From Schmidtea polychroa (taxonomy: Eukaryota): DNA of 64,000 nt. This document shows, piece by piece, positions 40,290 to 53,640 of the stretch. Below the pieces are notes generated by a model. The model was given only the letters and a program-made list of their open reading frames with translations. It was not told the DNA's origin and did no database searches. The stretch's first letter is position 1; every line of letters begins with the position of its first letter. The DNA lies in contig CM097888.1 in the NCBI GenBank assembly GCA_044892525.1, positions 38,130,001-38,194,000 of the forward strand, written 5' to 3'. Position numbers and translations under genes: made by a program.

Positions 40290-41923
40290 AATTTGAATAT
40301 ATTGATATGTATAAAGAATATTGCGTAATGTAACTAATTAGAAAAAATTCAAATGGTCTCATCAAAAAGCCATGTATATATATATATATATATAACTTTA
40401 TCACTTTTTTTGCTTTATTTTAATTGAGATTGAAAAATATTTTCGGAATCCCGTTTGAAAAAAATTAACATTGATATATCCTAATAATCATTTATTGCAA
40501 TTAAGTTATTTTGATAAACATTCCGTGTTTTATACAGAATGGTGATTTGTTTGGTTTATAATGTTTTGAAACAATTATTTAAATAAACTGTCTTGTTTTC
40601 TATTTAATTAAGCGAAAATCTCCAATCGCTAATATCTAAATTAATTAAGCAAAATATGTTTATAGTAGGTAGACTGCAGCACTTTTGGTAAAATCAAGAT
40701 TATTTGGGTAGAAAATCAAAGAATATAAATCTAATTAAAAGTTAAAGGAATATTTTTGCGATAATTGTAGCATCTGTACGGCCTATCTATACTTTTATTG
40801 TGTCTATGTATTAACATAAATTATAATTTTTTTGCAGTTGGATTATAATTCTTTTGAGTTGGGATAGTGGATAAATTTTGGCTCGAATATATTTTTATAG
40901 GTATTTGAATAAAGGCTGGAAAGATGAAACTAAACTTTTCAATAATTAATGTTACATTCATTACTATCAGCGTAGCAACACCATTGTCAGAGTTGTGAAC
41001 ATTTATGAATATAATTTGAAACATAAATAAGGAGTAGTGGAAAGAAGTTATCAATTAAAGATTTTTTATAACAAGCCAGGGTACCTCAAATAGCAGCGTG
41101 GTTAAAAAATAAATCATTTTTTACAAATTAAAAAGTATATATATATACATATATAATACTGATTAATTATTTTTGAATACATGTTGGTTTTTAGATACGT
41201 CATGAAATATAGGTATATATTAATTACTCTCCTCTACCGACTCCCTCATTTTGCATATCGAATTAGGTATACGAAATAGGTATATAATCAACACCCGTAA
41301 GTCTAGTGTTAATGCATAAACAATGGGAAAAATTTAAAAATAAATAATATAACGAAGTACTTTCTTGTTTTTTTAGAATAAAGTTTTTGTATTTGCAAAA
41401 ACTTATCAAAAAAACCCTTGAAGCACCCATATTAACTATATAATGTTACTATTTTTAAGATGAAACAAAAATCATTAGTGGATTTATTACTATGATCGTT
41501 AATTTTTTATTATTGTGATCAACGTAAAATCAAGGTTTTCGTCTGATTAAAAATAAACATAATCAAAGTTTCAGGAAGTGTTCTAAGTTCTTCGGAAAGT
41601 ATCTATTTAACCTACTCGAACTAATCGGGCAAGAAAATTCTCATACAGTCTATTATCGCTGAGCATACTAGAAATAAATGTTCAGTGCAAGACAAATGCA
41701 GGAAATATTTGACAATATGAAAAAATATACACTGTTAACACATTGACTGCCAACTAATATATCAGAATTGGTCAATATGGCAGTCAACATGTTAAAACAA
41801 TCATACATTTTAGAAATACAAAAATTCTTACAAATCAAGAGAATATTTTTATTACGTAATAAACATTTATGAATTTTTTTTGTATTTAAGTTCGATTTTG
41901 GTCTCATAAATAACCATTTAGTA

Positions 41924-42158
41924 TAAGGTGACTAGACGTCCCGCCTTTGGTGGACAGCCACGATTTATGTCGCATCAAAATGAATAAAAAATATGTCAAG
42001 GAATAAAATATTATACAATTTTTTATATTTATAAATTGTGCTTATGTTAAAAATCAAAAAAAAATTACAATATTATTTTTATTCTATATTCTATTATTGT
42101 TGATAAATACTTCTTCAAAGTTGTCACGCTTTGCCCATCTAAAAATCTGGTCACCTTA
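41924..42158. mobile_element. hAT MITE
   Basis: TIR TAAGGTGAC(T/C)AGA; exact 8-bp TSD ATTTAGTA on both sides. Confidence 0.92.
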
Positions 42159-42804
42159 ATTTAGTATGACTTTGAGTTAAGGTGATGGTATTTAAATACT
42201 TTCTGCTTTAAGTGGAGTATCTTAATTATCGTTACAAGCGAGATAGCCACCAGCACATAATATACGATATTAAACAACATAGAAAAGAAGACTTATTTTT
42301 AAATAAATAAAACAAACTACTTATTTACTGATATTAAAAATATCAATATTACCTTAATTGCAAATTTCTTGGTGAATGAATTCAATGGAAAAGTTAAAAT
42401 TAAATGAAATTGATGTAAAAGTTTAGTAGTTAAACAATCAGATTAAAAAAAATTTTTTTTAATTTTTATAAACTTCGATTTTAACAAATAACAGTCAACT
42501 ATCTTTAATTCTTTTATTGTGCTAAAACAGGGAAATTTTTTGGAGTGGTCGCAAAACAAAATAATGAAACAGAATCAAGTCGAATAAAAATCTATGATCA
42601 AACTCTAAATAATACAAAGTAAAGTACACAACATATTGAGGATAAATAAACACGTATAATTAAAATGATAGACGCAAGAAGTTACAATCACCGGCATAGT
42701 TAAGAGATAAACAACGCATGTGAAGAATCTGCCAACTCGAAAATAAAAGAATAATAAATGGAAGAATTAGTAAGATAGTAAGTTTGGTACATTATTTTAT
42801 AGGA

Positions 42805-44050
42805 TGTAGTTAGGAATAGGGTCGATGGGAAACATAGAGTCAATTTGGACAGTTTTGAATATAGATAGCATAGGATGGATCGTTACCGTTATTTTTATGA
42901 CTACGAGGGAGTTAGGAGTAGTAATAGGGTAATTAAGGTCAGTTGTCGGTAGATAAGATTCAGTTTGATTAATTTTATAGGTTATACGAATGGTTAGGAC
43001 CTCAAATAGGACAGAATTAGAAAATTCAGGCAGATCCCTACTCAAGATTTATGAGGAATATAGAACCACGGTCATTAGCTTGGAAATAAGGGCCGATCCC
43101 TGCTCAAATTTTTGAGTAAAATAATAGAAAACATCCAGAAATAAGGACCATAGTTAAATGAAGGCATTTCAATGATCGATCAATAGAAATAGACAATAAA
43201 TAATTACGAAAGACCTTCTATCGGCAGTCGAAAACCTGTAAGGAAAATACAGTGAGGAGTAGTTTTAGCAATAGCGCTCACCTGCTCATTGATTTTCCAC
43301 CACTGTGTACGGTACCAAAATGGTCGTCACCATGGGTACAAAGATGGTCTAAAGAACATTAGTCATGAAGGCGTTTAGGAAGGAGTCGATATAGCATTTA
43401 CAATTAGCCATAAGACATTTAAAATAAAAATGACGCACCCCTAAGCGACCTACACTAGTTCTCCTTTTAACTCATCTCTAAGCTTCTCTCTTTAAGCTTT
43501 TTTGCTTCAATTCTCTTCAGATTTTCCAAATAAATTGTGTCGTATTTTCTTACAATATTCTGACACAAATATTTCCTCGCAAATGTTCTCTCTTAATCCT
43601 TCTTTCGTACTGTTTCTCTCTAAACTGTTTTGCTTACATCTGCTGTGCTTCCTCCTTTTATACGTGATCACTTTGTGGTACTTCAGTTTATCTTTAATTT
43701 TCAATTTTTTCCCAACATAATTAGCCAACCTTTCCTTGCAATAAACCTATCCTTGACAGCTGTCAAGATATTCTCTAGTTTTTTTCTTTTTGCCGCTCCG
43801 GCCTGTTTTATTTTTGTTCCCGTTATCTCTGGCAAGCTGTCGACATAATTACATTGTTGTTATTTTTGTTTTTCCCAATTTGAAACTCCTTTTCCTTTTG
43901 TATTAATTAATTAGTAATGACTTTTATTTTAATTCATTGTTCGCTTTCTTTTGTTCGTATTATGTTTCTCATATTTCGTTTCTTTTTACTTCCGTTTTCT
44001 TTTCCGAGTTCCCATAGATCCTCCTTTTTGTCATGACGATTTTTCCCCAA
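42805..44050 (-). other. Decayed retroelement-like remnant (LTR-like block plus broken basic ORF)
   Basis: GC-richer block beginning TGTAGTTAGGAA; minus-strand frame VDSLPEITGTKIKQAGAAKKKLENILTAVKDRF...KRRKHSRCK. Family not recognised. Confidence 0.3.
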
Positions 44051-44529
44051 CATTCGTAAATTTGTAATTTAGGTAAATTTGTTATTTAGGTACCCTCAGC
44101 AGAATTAATTAAATAATAACTAGGAAAAACTCGAAAGAAGACAGCGAAATAAATAGAAAATAACGTTAATAATTAGTCTGACTATATTAATCAATCAATG
44201 TAATGCGTAGAGTGGCAACCAATGAGAGAGTGTGTTCTGAAAATAAAATAAATCGCGAACACATCACCATCCAATGCTATCAATCAAATATTGTCGGATG
44301 GATGGCGCGTGGACTCAATTAATGTCGAAATATTGCAGTGTAATTCACTCAGGCTAGTTATCAAAACATTCGGTGTTGGAGGCCAAGCAGTCGATTCCAC
44401 ATCAAATTGAAATGGGGCTAGTCAATGTTGATATCTCATGATGACAATTCTAACATTTCAGTCACACATATTCTCACATAGAAAACTATACTAATCCAGT
44501 ACCAATCACTAAGACATCCATTAATAATT

Positions 44530-44860
44530 GTTAAAACAATAAATAAGGGTAAATCCATGCTATGATTTTTGAAAGAAACATTGATTAACAAAAAAATGAG
44601 AACAATTACTATTTGAATAAGAAAGGGCAATAATCCCAGAAAGGAATGTGTTGTAATGAGCGATGAAAAACTTTCCATGGGTAGTTTTGAATGGAAATGT
44701 GAAAATGGAATGAGGAGTATTTTTAGTAATATATCCACTATATAGATTACCAACATGGTTGTTGTTCTTCCATGAAGACACTTCGAGAAGAGTTGATATT
44801 AAGGCAATAAACCACCTAAACAGTAACATTTTTATACTTTGTTTTTGGTGGAATAAGTGA
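44530..44860 (+). pseudogene. Possible piggyBac-like transposase remnant
   Basis: Degraded IRKGNNPRKECVVMSDEKLSMGSFEWKCENGM weakly recalls the PGBD GTVRxNR...LxRGxFxW region. Confidence 0.3.
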
Positions 44861-45106
44861 AATCAGGTTTGGTCTTAACCATATTTGCTACTTTAGTTTT
44901 TAGTTTAGTATCCAATTATTTCTTTGCAAAATTCCAATTTTTTGGCTATTTTACTCTTATTTATTGATTTTTAAGGTAAATTGCTAGAAATAGTATGGTT
45001 TAAATAAAATAGTTTAAATTAAAATAATTTCAAAACTAGAAATTCATTCGGATTGATTTAAAATAAGCAAAGCAAAAAAACTTTTTCTTTTTTCAATCGA
45101 ATACTC

Positions 45107-45373
45107 TTAAATAAACTGAATAAGAAGTAGCTCAGATTTCCGTTCCTTTGTAATTTCTCGTTTGTTTCGTATAAAATATTTTGACCTTGACCATAAGCCT
45201 TCGATATTTTGTGTATGTATTGACTCATCATTGGGATAAACAAAATTCATTGAATGATTCACCGAAAGGTGTTGCATAGTTTGCGTTTCTTTAATAGCTC
45301 GACTGTATGCTCGCCATTTATCAGTATTAATAGTAGTTCCAGGTAGAACATTATTGGATATAACGGTTATCAT
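45107..45373 (-). pseudogene. Merlin/ISXO2-like transposase C-terminal fragment
   Basis: VLPGTTINTDKWRAY...VNHSMNFV...HTQNIEGLWSRSK. Confidence 0.9.
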
Positions 45374-45460
45374 ATTATTTAAAACATATTATTTAAAACA
45401 TATTATTTAAAACATACTATTTAAAACATACTATTTAAACATACCATTTAAACATATTAT
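45371..45460. repeat. 13-14-bp tandem repeat (CATATTATTTAAAA)
   Basis: About six degenerating copies abutting the Merlin fragment. Confidence 0.85.
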
Positions 45461-45991
45461 TTTATTTAAACCACATTATTATATTTAAATCACACAATTT
45501 TATTTAAACCACACTATTTCTAGCGTCTACCCTTTTTAAATTTTTCTTTGTTTATACTATGTCGTGAAAATTTGGAATTTTTTATATTAAATTATATTAA
45601 ATATTTTATATTAAATTTTGTCTTGTTCTGTTTAATTTAAGGTTTCGATTTCATTCATGAGATTCATTTTCTTTTTTATTTAATTTTTAATGTAGTTCGC
45701 TTTTACTTTCGAGTTTCTAATGTTTAATTTTGTGTTTACTTAGTATTTTTCTTCATAAATTTTCATATATTCTGATGATGCTTGTTTTATTTTCGTTATA
45801 TTAGAACAAACCAACACTTATTTTAGGTTTGAGACCAACTAAGTTAATTTAAGAATGAACTTAGTTAGATATCTTGTTGTTTTAATAATTAGGAATTTGC
45901 GGTTTTTGTGAATTAATTAAAACTTGTTATTTATAAATTCTTTGATTAAATATATATTGTTAGTTTCAAGATTTTTGCTGCAAATTTAAAG

Positions 45992-46460
45992 ATGGATCTA
46001 AAGATGGATTTAACTGGCGACCACGCCGAAAATCAAAATATCAACGCCATTTCGAAATCGACAAAATCGCTAATGGAATGCCTACCGAAATCATGCCAAG
46101 ACATGCTCACACTGAACATCAGACGATATGATGGACGAGGTTTAAAAGAAGCCGAAGAATGGATCAGAGATATAGAAGAATGGTTGCTGACAAATGGACA
46201 GCGATTGACAAGCACTTTCGATGTGTTATTAGTGGCAGAAGCAAAGACATTGTGGGGAAACGTCAGAGAAACAGAAACAACAGATGTGAAAGCCAAAGCG
46301 TGGTTCTTAAATACGTTCACAATTACAAAATCTATAACTGACAAAATCAGAGAATTGGCAGCTATGGAACAGGAAGATGATGAAAAGTTTGCAGCTTTTG
46401 AGATACGGCTAAGAAAAGCTTTAGCTGAAGTTGTAAATTCAGGACGATCAGAAGAAGATA
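45992..46460 (+). pseudogene. Ty3/gypsy Gag (capsid) fragment, 3'-truncated
   Basis: RYDGRGLKEAEEWIRDIEEW...AKTLW...AWFLNTF...L..MEQEDDEKFAAFEIRL; coding character ends abruptly at TGTTAGG (46461). Confidence 0.75.
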
Positions 46461-46995
46461 TTGTTAGGTTCGATGGGTAAGTTGTCGAACTAACACAAAA
46501 ACGTTTTATCTGACTCCAAGTAATTAATTTATGCGTGTAGGTAAATAAATAAATAAGATAATATGGTTTAAAATATTACTAAACAATAAAAAGTTAGTTA
46601 CACGTCGTTTGAATATATTTAACACGCTGCTTTCTATAAGTACAGAAAACGGTTATACAAACCGCCCTAAAGAGGATTACTAAGGATCAAGGCTGGCCCT
46701 AAATGCGCTAACAGCCCGATATAGGTGAACGGAAAAGAGATAGGGAAGTTTACCAAATATTACGCGATAGAGTCAACCCAGAATCCGGTTAACTCTTTTT
46801 CAAACCAATATTAATAGCGAAACAACACAAAAACACGTGCTGACGCTATGGTTTCCCTTATTTAAAGTTAATTTAATTTAATCAAATAAGCCTTTTATAT
46901 AAATATTTATAATTATTTATGATAATGATAAAACTAACTAATTCAATCTTCCTCCTTAAATGGCTCTAAAGAATATTAAATTAGATAATTCTAAG

Positions 46996-49054
46996 TCACG
47001 AATAGTCAAAATTAATTCCTGTTGATCGATATTTCCAAATATCACTCTCATTAGCCTCCAATACTCCGTAATCGGGGAAATTGGATACGGCTACTTCATG
47101 GATTGGGCCTCCGTCGTATTCCGTGATACGCGGTTTCCATTTGCTGTCGGGTCTCTGCCACCAACTAGGATCTTCTCTGTCGAGATCTTCCCGTATTTTG
47201 ATTGAGTTGCCCCTTCCGACGAACTCGCCTTCCTTCACGATAATAGGCTCTCCTGCAATCGTGGGTTCACTCTTTGTTGCCAATATCTTGTTCAACGCAG
47301 GATCTGGTGGCTGATAGTGGGTTTCTAAGAGATCGTCATCCTCATCCTGGATGGATATCCTAGGCATTTTCTTTTTCGTGCTCTTAGGAATCTCCTTTTT
47401 CCTTTTTGTAGAGGTAAGGACATTTTTCTCCTTGTCCTCTTTCTGGGTGGGTTTCTCTGATGTTTTCTTTTTAAATTTTAGATCTTGTAGCTTAAGTAGT
47501 GGTGCTACAGCTTGGGGTAATGTTCCTCCTTCTGCTCCTTGTTTGGGTTCACTCAACGGGGCCAATGCTTTTAGGATCTTGGTGACCCGTTCCACTTGCT
47601 TTGCTGCTGGTGGTGATTTTTCTGTTTCCATTTTAGCCGAATTCACCACTCTACCGTCATTGGTAAGGGTGACTTGAAGGCAGTTATCGTCTGCACTCTC
47701 ACAAGTGGCATAGTCGTCTTCATCAGCAATTGAAATGGCTGGCGGCGACAAGGAATCTTCTTCCACTATTTTCAGCAACTTTGACCTGGGGATATCTTCT
47801 TTTACATAGCTCTCCATAGCTAAAGGTTTCTGCATGCTTGAGGTTCCGGGTTCCATCTGCTTTTTTTGTGAAGACACCACCTCTTTCCGGGTGTCTGGTG
47901 AAATGTCATCAACCCAGATATCTCGTAAATTGTCGTATATCTCCTTAATGGTTGTGACATCATTCTCCGTTTGAAGGTCCGAGAAGTGATGTGCCTCTTT
48001 ACCGGTGACTGCTTTTGCCAGATATGCCTAACGGTAATACCCGTTGCATTTCTTTAAGTCCCTACTTTCGAGGCATTTAGCTGCGCCTAACTCACGGATT
48101 CCGAGTGCGCGCTGGATTGGGAATTTGATTACTTCTAATAGGTCCTTTACTAGCAATCCCACGATGATTTTCCCATCGCAGATTTTCCTATTTTTTTCGG
48201 CACAGTCTTCTCCGTCGAACTGTCCGGTTATTTCTCTCTCGGTCATTCCATGCGCATGCGATTGGTAATGTTTGACCTGTGCTCTGGGGGTAACTCTCGT
48301 GTTGAGTATCAGATCGCCATTGAAATGTGAGATTGAGATGGCCACAATTGCCGGTTTCAGGAATTGTCGTAGTGTAGCTTAGTGAGCTGCTACGAAAATG
48401 GTGAGGTTATTCTCTTGTCTAGGATTCAAGCGATGTCTAACGAAAGACTTAAACGTTTTGATGTCGTTATCATTAACATTATATGTCCAATTTGGGTCAT
48501 TTACCCATCTCGTTGGTGTTTCTCTGTGAGGTTCCAGAATTTCCATTGCTACGATGGTATCTATTCCTTCACATAACAGTGAGATGTTCTTTTCCCTTCC
48601 ATCCCCGTTTTCAATTTCCAGGGTTGTATGCTTTTGCAGCAAAATGGGGTTTGTGGCACCAGGAACATAAACCGTAAATGGTTTGTTAATGGCGTGTATC
48701 CACAGGTGGTTGGTCAGACTGTCTGCCAAACTCAAGCCTAATACTACCGTTATGCTTGTCCGGGATTCTTGAGATAATCATTTGACGCTTTGGGGCTTCG
48801 TCAAATTTGAAATTATTGGGTATGCCTGAGCAATGTCCGTAAAACCAGTGCCTTTGTCCTTTTCTGCTTTGTTCTATTACCTGCTTCTCCAGGTTTTTGT
48901 AAATAAGTTTTTCCTTTAGCAAGTTCGTAGCACGTATAATGCTATGTCTTCCTTGGTATTGGGATATTGGATGGCTCTGCATTCCTGAAATAAAAATCAT
49001 TAACCATAATATCAGATATACTGATATGCCATAATAGGCTAAAAAGATATGCAT
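46996..49054 (-). pseudogene. Orphan accessory ORF of the retroelement (~680 codons; three in-frame stops, one frameshift)
   Basis: Track ORFs 48379-48735, 48028-48345 and 46996-47880 share one frame separated by single TAA/TAG codons; a further TGA at 48778-48780; 48686-49054 joins via a 1-nt shift. Confidence 0.6.
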
Positions 49055-49180
49055 GAGTCTTATTATAAAAGATCTACATATGCTGAATTTTAATGCTACC
49101 TGGAGCTCTACGTAAATATAGATTTTAAGATATATATAAATATTTATATATGATTTTTCCCTCGGGGGAGTCTGTAATTG

Positions 49181-50110
49181 TCATAATTGCGACATCAGTA
49201 CTCCATCGTAAGCCCTTATGGCTTGTCTGAAATATAGCTTGGTCCAAATACCCATAGCTATCAGTGTAGTTATTAGCGATAGTACGGCCGATACCGTAAT
49301 CCATACCCCTATGGGTATTTTCAGAATGTATCCTGCATTAAAGTTCGTGATGGCATTACAATCACAACAGTTTGTCAGGTTTGGGGGCGTTTGGCAAGAT
49401 ATTTGTTTGATAGGTGACAACTGTCTAAGATGTTGCCACATTGCGGGATGTATCACCATGTTTTCCCTGACTACTTTTGGAGGTTTTTTCGTTATAACTG
49501 GCTGTTTCAAAGGTAATATCTCCTCGAATACCTCGAACCATCTATCGTCCTGCCGTTTCCTCGGACTATAGTATATAACTAGGACCGAATATTCTACGGA
49601 CTGATTTAGATATATTTCTTGGGAGGGAGAGTTCTGGCCTAACCATAATGTGTCTCTCGTGGTTGGTCCGTCTAGAATACAGACTTTCACCTTTTCCTCC
49701 CTGCTAATTTGCTGACTAAACTTTACTTTATCCCTTTCATAGGATATCGATATGCGATTTGTGAAATCTGCCGTCCGTAGGATCCAATTTGATACGTGAT
49801 AGGTATACCAACCACTCTGATATAACCTTGATGCTGCGATATGCAGTTTATAATCCGTCTCGGCTTTTAAATCATATAAATCCCTCTCTTTTTCTTCTGA
49901 ATTGAGTTGGCGGATCCGTAAGTACTTGTTGTAGAAATGTAAATTGAATTTTGTAGCATTATCGCACGTTGTGAGTATGCTAATTCCGTGATACGTTCTT
50001 ATAAAATGTAAGTGTTCCACTTGCATAGCCATAGGCTGAAAATATGCCTTTTTATCACTTTTCGCCATCGCCGAAGTCATCATACAGCTTATTATCAACA
50101 AAAAGGTTAC
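49181..50110 (-). CDS. Second type I membrane protein fused after integrase (signal peptide, FN3-like ectodomain, TM)
   Basis: VTFLLIISCMMTSAMA signal-like stretch; LYDLKAETDYKLHIAA resembles the FN3 LxxLxPxTxYxxxVxA motif; C-terminal IPIGVWITVSAVLSLITTLIAMGIW TM. Confidence 0.6.
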   Translation of the reverse strand, partial: VTFLLIISCMMTSAMAKSDKKAYFQPMAMQVEHLHFIRTYHGISILTTCDNATKFNLHFYNKYLRIRQLNSEEKERDLYDLKAETDYKLHIAASRLYQSGWYTYHVSNWILRTADFTNRISISYERDKVKFSQQISREEKVKVCILDGPTTRDTLWLGQNSPSQEIYLNQSVEYSVLVIYYSPRKRQDDRWFEVFEEILPLKQPVITKKPPKVVRENMVIHPAMWQHLRQLSPIKQISCQTPPNLTNCCDCNAITNFNAGYILKIPIGVWITVSAVLSLITTLIAMGIWTKLYFRQAIRAYDGVLMSQL

Positions 50111-51300
50111 TGATTTTGGAACACCCCGTGATCTCAATGGGTATCGGTGTTCTTGTGCTTCTTCGGTAGTGTTTGGTTTCACCTGTTTCTCTAGTGCTTT
50201 TACTTTTGAATTTCCAGAGGTTTCTTTTGTTGGGATTTCGCACTTTTTACACCGGTTAGCATGTACCATTATTGGTTCTGCTTTTCTGTTGGCTACAAGT
50301 TGTAATATGAGATTTGTATCTGTGGTTCTCAATACCTCATATGGCCCTTTGAAGTTCCGCATGAGTTTTGGTGATAAGCCTTTCTTGTTATAATGACTTT
50401 CTAACATCACCTGGTCTCCAACCAATATGCTATGATCCTTGGCTTTTCGGTCATGATAATCTTTGGATGCTTCCTGATTATATTTTATACTGAGACCTGC
50501 TCTAGCCCATGCTTCCTGCATTCTTTCCCTCATTTCCATTAGGTAATTTTCCTGATCTAAATACTGTGTTGCTTTAGGGAAAAACAACAGATCTACTGGC
50601 ATTTTACTTTGCCTCAGATACATTAGGTAAAAGGGTGTTTCACCTGTTCCTTCGTGCACTGCATTTCTGTATGCAAATAAACAGGATGGAATATGGATAT
50701 CCCAGTCCGTTTGCCCTGAATTTACATATGATGCTAACATATTAGCTAATGTTCCGTTAGATCGTTCTACTAGCCCATCCGTCTGTGGGTGATATGGGGA
50801 AGTGTTCAACTTTAATACTCCGAAATAGTCATTTATTCCTTTGAGCAGATTACTCATGAAATCCGCTCCCCGATCTGTTAATAACTTTATAGGTACTCCA
50901 TACCTAAAGAAAATTTGTTCAACGAAAATTCTAGCTATTGTATCAGCTTTGTGATTAGGCATCGGGTAGGCTTCTGGCCACTTAGTCAAGTAATCGCAGA
51001 AAACTAAGATGTACTTGTTTCCGCTATTAGATTCTTTGAATGGCCCCAACACGTCCATTGCCGTCATTTCCATAGGTGTAGATGGTACGTGTGGTTTCTT
51101 TCCGGTATTTCTTCTGGTGATACAGATCTTACACGTCTGACACCAAGTTTTAACATCTTGCTTCATACCTGGCCAAAAATATTTCTGTTTTAGCCTCGAC
51201 AATGTTTTCTAGATGACAGGTGGCCTCCTAAGGCTCCATCGTGATACTGCAACATGAGTGCTTCACGGTATTTCTTAGGAACCATTATAACGTTATCTCT
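50111..51300 (-). CDS. Integrase (HHCC, DDE, GPY/F)
   Basis: HDGALGGH...CQTC; MDVLGP, TDRGADF, TSPYHPQTDGLVERSN; FKGPYEV; 1-nt frameshift near 51200. Confidence 0.95.
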
Positions 51301-53640
51301 TACATCTGAATATTTAACTAATCCCTCTTCCAGCACAAATTTGTCTTTATTCTTTTCCCAGTATTTCGTGAATTCTGTGGGCACGTATTTTGCTTCCAAG
51401 GCTTGACGGATAACATTGATTTCTTCGTCAGATTTTTGTACCTCCATTAAATCAGCTAGCCGGTTGGCTTCTCTGGTCAATGTGAAGATAGTCCCTTCGA
51501 GACGTCCTTCCTTCACATCCTCTGCTTCCTCCTCCTGGTCCATTCTCGATAAAGCGTCTGCATTTCCATTATGATCTCCCTTTCTATAATGGATTTCTAT
51601 GTCATATGGCTGTAAAATTAATGCCCATCTGACTAGTTTTGATGTATCCATTGTGTGTTTTGTCAACCACTGTAATGGTCTATGATCGGTGTACACTATG
51701 ATCTTTCGACCCCAAAGATAAGTTCTAAACTGGGTTAAAGCATACACAATTGCTAAAGCCTCTAGTTCTATCACTGCGTAGTTTCTCTCGTGTGGTTTTA
51801 ACCCTCTGCTAGCGTATGCAATTGCATACTCATCTCCTAGGTCATCTCTCTGACCTAGCACAGCCCCTATGCCCCGAGTGCTGGCATCTGTCATAACCAA
51901 AAATTGTCTCTCAAAGTCTGGAAATCGCAATATAGGTGGCTTGACGAGCTTTTCCTTGAGCATATCAAATGCTTCCTGCTGTTCTGTTCCCCACACAAAT
52001 TTGACATTTTTGCCTTCTAACTGCGTGAGTGGAAAAGCTATAACCGAGAAGTTTCTAATGAATTTTCTATAGTATCCAACTAGGCCTAAAAACCTTTTGA
52101 TATGTTTAACGGTTTTAGACTCCGGGAAATTCTTTACCTTTTCAACATTAGCTGGGTCGGGTTTAACCCCGTCTCGTGATATGATATGGCCGACATATAC
52201 CACTTCTGGTTCAGCCCATTTACATTTGGTCGGTTTCACTTTCATGTTGGCATTGATCAACCTCTTGAACACATCTTCCAAATGTTCTAAGTGTTTTTCC
52301 AAATTTGGCGAGAATACTATGACGTCGTCAATGTATACCATCGCATGATGTACATCCATGAGCATCAAATTCATTGCTCTTTGAAATGTGGCTGGAGCTC
52401 CTGTGAGTCCAAATGGCATTACGTTATATTCGTAATGACCCATACTCGTAGAAAACGCTGTTATTGGTATAGTCTTATCTTTTAACTTAATTTGATAAAA
52501 TCCCTTTTGGGTGTCCATTACTGAGAAGAACCTAGCGTTTCTCATGCGTCCATAGATATAATCTAACAATGGCAATGGATGGCTATCTTTGCATGTTGCT
52601 TCGTTAACCATGCGATAGTCGTTACATAATCGTACTGATCCATCCTTCTTGGCCACCACTATCATTGGTGATTGATATGGTGATTTACTATGCCTGATTA
52701 TGCCATGTTTTAACATCAATTTCACCTGTTTATCTACTGATTCCTCCAGACTGAATGGAATACGGTATGGTCTCAACTTTATAGGTTTTGTATTGGTGAG
52801 AACAATCTCATGTTCTAACAGGTTTGTTTTTCCCAGATCGTATTCATGTTTCGCGAATACCTGGTCATATTTCCTCAATAGCATATTTACTTGAATGTTT
52901 TCCTTTCTGGTTAGCACTTTGCTATTTGCTGTAGGTGCATCGTAGTACTCAATGTCTGGATCTCTTTCTTCTGCCTTTACGGTGAGTATCGACCCTTCTC
53001 CCGTGGCTTGTGGTTCGTTTTGTTTCCAGATTCTGCCCACTCTAGTGTCGGGATATAAATAAAGTGGTTTAATGTCCAGATTGGCTACCCTGATTGGTAT
53101 TCTGCCATTGACTATTAATCCTACGCTATGAGTAATTGGTATCTTGTATTTCTCCGAAAATCTTTCGTCTGGTTCAAATACAACTTCAACTTCCCAATTA
53201 TTGCTTGTAGCTACAAAGCATACCGTTTCTGCTCTGGGTGGTATGATAGTTGTATGATCTATATAAGCTGTATCATCGTTGTAAATTTTTCTCTTTTTAC
53301 CTCGTGTTCGGATTAACAATCCAGATGCACAATCGAATACTACTCCTCGTAGTCTTTTTAGGATGTCCATACCAAATAGACATTCGACTGGGAGACTTCT
53401 CATCACTATGATATCGTGATGGAGCTCCTGGTCACATAGCTTAATCTGGCAGGATAATGACCCTATTACATTTAATGAGGATCCGTTTGCTCCTGTTAAT
53501 TTTACTCCTGCTGGTTTTAGCGACTGCAATTCATGATGGTTTAACAATTTAGCTTCAATTATGGTACCATCTGCTCCTGAGTCTATCACCGCATTAACTG
53601 TATGTCGGTTCACTCTTATTTTTATCATTGGCTTTTTATC
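51301..53640 (-). CDS. Aspartic protease, reverse transcriptase, RNase H (Ty3/gypsy type)
   Basis: VIDSGADGT (53575-53583); RPYRIP, KKDGSVRLCNDYR, MPFGLTGAPATFQ, YIDD (52324-52335); TDAS, ELEALA, TDHRPL. Confidence 0.97.
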
